Shown here: in pieces, positions 59,358 through 64,000 of the stretch
Position numbering within the stretch: position 1 is the stretch's first letter
How the letters are laid out: the number at the start of each line of letters is the position of its first letter
Assembly (NCBI GenBank): GCA_029717555.1
Contig: JAMDHS010000007.1
Coordinates: 310,001-374,000, forward strand
Reading direction: 5' to 3'
Length of the DNA: 64,000 nucleotides
DNA from: Peribolospora baueri
Taxonomy: Eukaryota
Translations under genes and position numbers: made by a program
Notes under the pieces: generated by a model
The model's database searches: none
What the model saw: only the letters and a program-made list of their open reading frames with translations
What the model was told of the DNA's origin: nothing

Positions 59358-62269
59358 ATGGCCGATCAGCAGGTGCCCCAGAACCAGCTGCAGGAGGAGC
59401 CTTCCGCGCAGAAGCAGCAGGATGGAGAGAATGTCATCCTTGGGTGAGCGAGGGCTTTTCGGCACACTACGCCACACTGTCTACTTATGCCTCGTACGTC
59501 TCCTGACCCTCTCTTGACTTGTTCGATCACACCAGCGAGGACGGCAAGCCTCTCTCTGCCAATCAGCTCAAGAAAAGGGAAAAGAAGCTGGAGAAAGAGC
59601 GCAAGAAGGCTGAGACGGCCGCCAGGCTTGAGGCTGAGAAGAAGGCTAGGCAAGCTAGCGAGCCTGTGAGTTGTTAGCATATGGAACCCGTGGTTGAGGC
59701 GGCAGGCACTCTGTTTCTTCACGCGGCCGGAATGAGGCACGCTACAAGACCCCCTATAGAGGGCCGCTGCACGGAAGTTTCGACGCAGCGTCCGAAAGTC
59801 TTTAAATTGAAGTTCTTGCTTATTTATACTGTTGCACTCCCTACCTTCTGCCGTCCACAGGATTTCGCCTCTGACAGGTATGGCAAGCTCGGTTCAAACA
59901 ACCAGCAATCTGCTGCAAGCGGAGAGGCGAAGCCAAAGTTGGTGCGAGTTGAGGAATTAAGCAAGGAGATGGATGGGGTACGCGTGAGGATACGCGCTAG
60001 GGTTCATACTACGAGGGAACAGGGTGAGGATCGAGAAGTGTGATTTGATGAGGGAAGAGCAGCAGGTGGACTTCGCGAAAAGAGACGGGCTTCACCTAGT
60101 GCTGCTTTCCAGAACAATAGAGCTGAGAGAGGTTTATGGTCTCTGAGACCTGAACTGTTAGACAGAGGACTGATTACCCATCATTTATTCTCCCCGCCCG
60201 CAGCCAAGATTGTCTTCCTTACCCTCCGTCAGCAACTCTCAACAGTGCAAGCGCTGGTGGTTGTGACACCCGAAATGGTGTCCAAGCAGATGATCAAGTG
60301 GGTCGGCTCTCTGCCGACAGAGAGTATCATCGACGTGGAGGGCGTTGTACAGGCTGTGAAGACTCCAATCAAAAGTGCTAGTATTAGCGACGCTGAGATC
60401 GCTATCGATAAGGTGTGCTCTCGCACGTTGGTTCACTTTAAAGTTAAGACCGGCGCTCACCCGAGTCGCATCCGGCGCTCTTCTCTTTCTCTTCTCCCTT
60501 CAGATCTTCCTGATCGGTGAAGTCACCCTCGGGTCCCAGCTGCCCTTCGGCGTCGACGAGGCGACGAAGGGCGAGGCTGAGCTCGTCGCGTCTGGAACGG
60601 TACGTGACATGCCTCGTCTTCAACTTATTTGGGGGACAATGAATGCCACATTGCTTGAATATCCCTCAGCTGAAAACTTTCTGGTTTGTTGATCACCCGT
60701 CCTCTTGGATGCTCCCCTACAGCCATCTGTCGAACTTGACACGCGACTAAACAACCGTGTGCTCGACTTGCGAGTGAGTTCACATACCATCGAATATATC
60801 TCAGAGGACGGGCAGATAAGCTGAAGGTCCCTCTCTTCCCTCACGTCCTCCTCTTTTCTGGCTCCCACTCATAGACGCCCACCAACCAAGCAATCTTCCG
60901 CCTTCAGGCGGCGATCGTCAAGCACTTCCGCGACTATCTAGACCAGAAGGGTTTTGTTGAGATCCACTCTCCCAAGCTTCAGGGTGCTGCTTCCGAGTCG
61001 GGTGCCAGCGTGTTCAAGGTCGGGTACTTCAAGGGTGAGTTGGTTATGTTTTTATATTGGTTGGAAAAGAGAGCAACTTCTCACTGAACTTTCGTTTTTC
61101 CATACACTTTGGCGCTTGTTGTGGTGACTCGTAGGCTCGGCTTTCCTCGCTCAGTCCCCGCAGCTTAGCAAGCAGATGGCCATCGCAGCCGACTTTGAGA
61201 AGGTGTACGAGATCGGGCCGGGTGAGCGCGCACTCGTGCTGGCTGAGCGCTCCGACCATCGTTCCCCTGCTGACTGTTTTGCTCGTGTTTGCCTTGTCAA
61301 CTCTACGTCTCACCCTGCCAGTCTTCCGCGCCGAGGACTCAAACACGCACCGCCACATGACCGAGTTCACGGGCCTGGATCTAGAGATGGTCTTCGACCA
61401 AAGTTACACCGAGGTAGTTGACCTCATCGACGGCCTTTTGCGCTACGTTTTTGGGGAGCTCAAGACCAAGTACACGCGCGAGGTTGACCTCGTTAGGAGG
61501 CAGTTTAACGCCGAGCCGTTTGAGATTCCGGAAGGAGATACTATCAGGTTGGCTTACAAGTGAGTGGAGTTGCGGACTTGGAGGTGCGTTTTAGGCACGA
61601 GCGGCAAATACTTATTCATTGTCGTTATCGCGGCGTCACCCAGGCAAGGCATCGAGCTCCTCCGAGCGGACGGCGTCGAGTTGGGGGACATGGACGACTT
61701 GAGGTGAGTGTTCGTGAGGCATGTTGTTAGCCTCCTCGTCAAGGTTTGACGAGCGTCCATGACTGCTTTTCACTCCCCAGCACCGAGAACGAGAAGCGTC
61801 TGGGCCGCCTGGTCAAGGAGAAGTACCATACGGACTACTTCATTCTCGACAAATTCCCCCTTTCCCTTCGCCCCTTCTACACCATGCCTGATTTGGAGGA
61901 TGGCCAGTTGTCCAACTCGTACGACTTCTTCATGCGCGGAGAGGAGATCCTTTCCGGGGCGCAGCGGATTCACGAGCCTGCATTCTTGGAGCAGCGGATG
62001 AAGGAGTTCGGCGTGGACCCCGCTTCTATGAAGCCGTATGTTGACGCTTTCAGACTTGGGGCTCCGCCTCACGCTGGTGGTGGTATCGGTGAGTATCGCG
62101 CGCCATATTATCCACCCAGGTGGATGTTCAGTTCCAGACGCGAAGTGAGATGCTGATCGTCTTGTCGCACCCTTCAGGTCTCGAGCGCGTGCTGATGTTC
62201 TACCTCGGCCTGAAGAACATTCGTCGCGCTTCCTTGTTCCCCCGTGACCCCAAGCGTCTCGAACCTTGA
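59358..62269 (+). CDS. DPS1: Cytosolic aspartyl-tRNA synthetase
   Basis: [103 protein letters not shown]. Confidence 0.97.
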
Positions 62270-62835
62270 TGAGTCGAGCTCGGCCCTGCTCTTAGTTACC
62301 TTCCCTTCTTTCATCTACCTTTTGTCTTTACTACGTCCCCTGTTGTTAACCATGCGTTCCGGAGGTAGCACAAAGTTATATACGCGACGCGACCCTCTTC
62401 CCGTTTCCCCTCGGCCTCCTTGTTTGTGCCGCTGTCTCGCAGTCGCAACCATTCCCTCTCAAAATTGTTCTCCGTCCGCCAACCTTCCCTGTCTCGTTCC
62501 CTGTCTCGTGTCTTGCTCCCCTCTTCTCATCGGCAGGCACATGTAGACGCGATGTCACGATCGCAGGCAGTCGAGTCCTTGAAAATCTGGAGGAATCGGA
62601 ATCGACCCTCTTCGATCTCGGAAAGCATCCAGGTGGCGCTGCGGCGATCCGCAGTAAATGGACGACGTTCCCAAGGGAGAAAACGAACGGCTCGTGTGTA
62701 CTCTTCTTTGCCGGTCAAATTCGAAAAGGAAAGGAGCGAGCCGACACTTTTCATCTCGTCCTCCTCCGCCCTATCTTGTTCTCCCATTTATCGACCGGAT
62801 CACGACCAGCGAGGGACGCGAAACGAACCGAACCG

Positions 62836-63941
62836 ATGGCCGCGACGAGGGACAACGTTTCGCTGCTCACGGCGGGCGACCAGGTCTTCGCGCGCAAGCG
62901 GAAACGGAAGGAGGCGGCGTCGAGGAGGAACGGCAAGGGAAGCGTTACGGAGGAGGTGGTTTTTGATGACACTGCGAGGAGGTGAGCGAGTTGGGGAGAG
63001 AGGGCGCCTAAGCGGAAGGGCCGGACCGTTCGTGAAATGACGTCTTCCCTCTTTCGTTCCATGGATCGCCCTTCGCCTCGTCGTGCGGCGCTGATCCGAC
63101 TCTTCATCGACAGAGAATACCTTACAGGCTTCCACAAACGCAAGCTCGCTCGGAAAGAGGTGGCAAAGAAGCTGGCGTTGGAGAGGGAGAGGCAGGAGCG
63201 GCTGGAGGCGCGGAAGGTGGCTAGAGAGGCAAGAAAGGAACAGGCGGAAGAGAACATGCGGAGGGAGAGGAGGGCTTTGGGGTTGGACGAGGAGGAGGAG
63301 GAAAGGGAGAGTGAGAAGGATGGGGAGGGGAAGGATGGAAGTGGGGAAATTGAAGGTGAGTCCGTGAGCATACAGATTTCCATCGGTGACGTGCGATCTG
63401 ACGCCTCGATGCTCTCCTGCCGGTCTCCCCCATCAATCCTTAATTCATACTCGGAACACCTTCATCTGAAACAGGCCCGGCAGAGGAAGAATACGACACA
63501 GATGAGCACGTCACGACGGTAACGGTGGTGGAAGACTTCATCCCTGGAGTCTTCGACGAGGACCTATCCAGCCCTTCGGGGTCTGGGTGGAAGGCCAAGA
63601 AGAAAGGTGACATGCGAGTCGGGAGTGCGGACGGTGAAGAAGAGGGCGATCTAGCGGATGAAGGGGACGAGGGAGATGAGACGGACGACGCGCCACCAAA
63701 GCGCAAGGTGGCCAAGCTGGGCTCTTCCTCGACCACGCCGCAGGACTCGTCTCGCCGTCGGACCGCATTATCCTCCTCCGCCTCATCAGCAGCGAAGACG
63801 AACAAGCCTTTCCGGTACGAGAGCAAGGCGGCGCGCATGGCTGGGCGGAGGAAGGTCGGGGAGCAGAGGAGGAAGAAGGCGGAAGAGAGAATCTCCGCCT
63901 CGAAGGCGAAGGGAAAGGGCGGGGGGAAGCGGAGGCGGTGA
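62836..63941 (+). CDS. RRP17: Ribosome biogenesis factor Rrp17/NOL12
   Basis: EVVFDDTARR|EYLTGFHKRK, charged coiled coil, TTVTVVE, and KPFRYESKAAR basic tail. Confidence 0.9.
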
Positions 63942-64000
63942 GGGCATGGGACGGGAAAAAAGGGATGGCGTGGCGTCCTGGCCGATGTATTCTTTCCTTA

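Overview
Eukaryotic, gene-dense, intron-rich fungal DNA. It is most likely from a basidiomycete: GC-rich, GT(G/A)AGT donors, CTGAC/CTAAC-type branch points, introns mostly about 60-300 nt. By manually splicing the ORF fragments I can support about 25 protein-coding genes. In order they are: a partial unknown gene, an MDR-family oxidoreductase, delta-COP (RET2), RPN9, LCL3 nuclease, cytochrome b5-fused sphingolipid delta-8 desaturase, RPC40, a BAR protein, a very large Lte1-like RasGEF, a UbiB/ABC1 kinase (CQD1-like), a gamma-glutamylcyclotransferase/PLP C-S lyase (Egt2-like) fusion, a PPR protein, FAM32A, ESS2, RPS28, an unknown secreted Ser/Thr-rich precursor, RAC1, DCAF11, mitoribosomal bL17m, mitochondrial ACP, an unknown protein, ERG28, PRA1/YIP3, cytosolic AspRS (DPS1) and RRP17. 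I saw no rRNA, tRNA, CRISPR or transposase. The strongest candidate for new biology is the GGCT-Egt2 fusion (29206-32589), whose domain junction lies inside a single exon; it could be a one-polypeptide deglutamylase plus C-S lyase. Other leads are an unexplained ~1.3 kb locus with structured-RNA features (55860-57200) and a secreted multi-dibasic-site precursor (40923-42284). All assignments come from motif recognition by eye; no searches were run.
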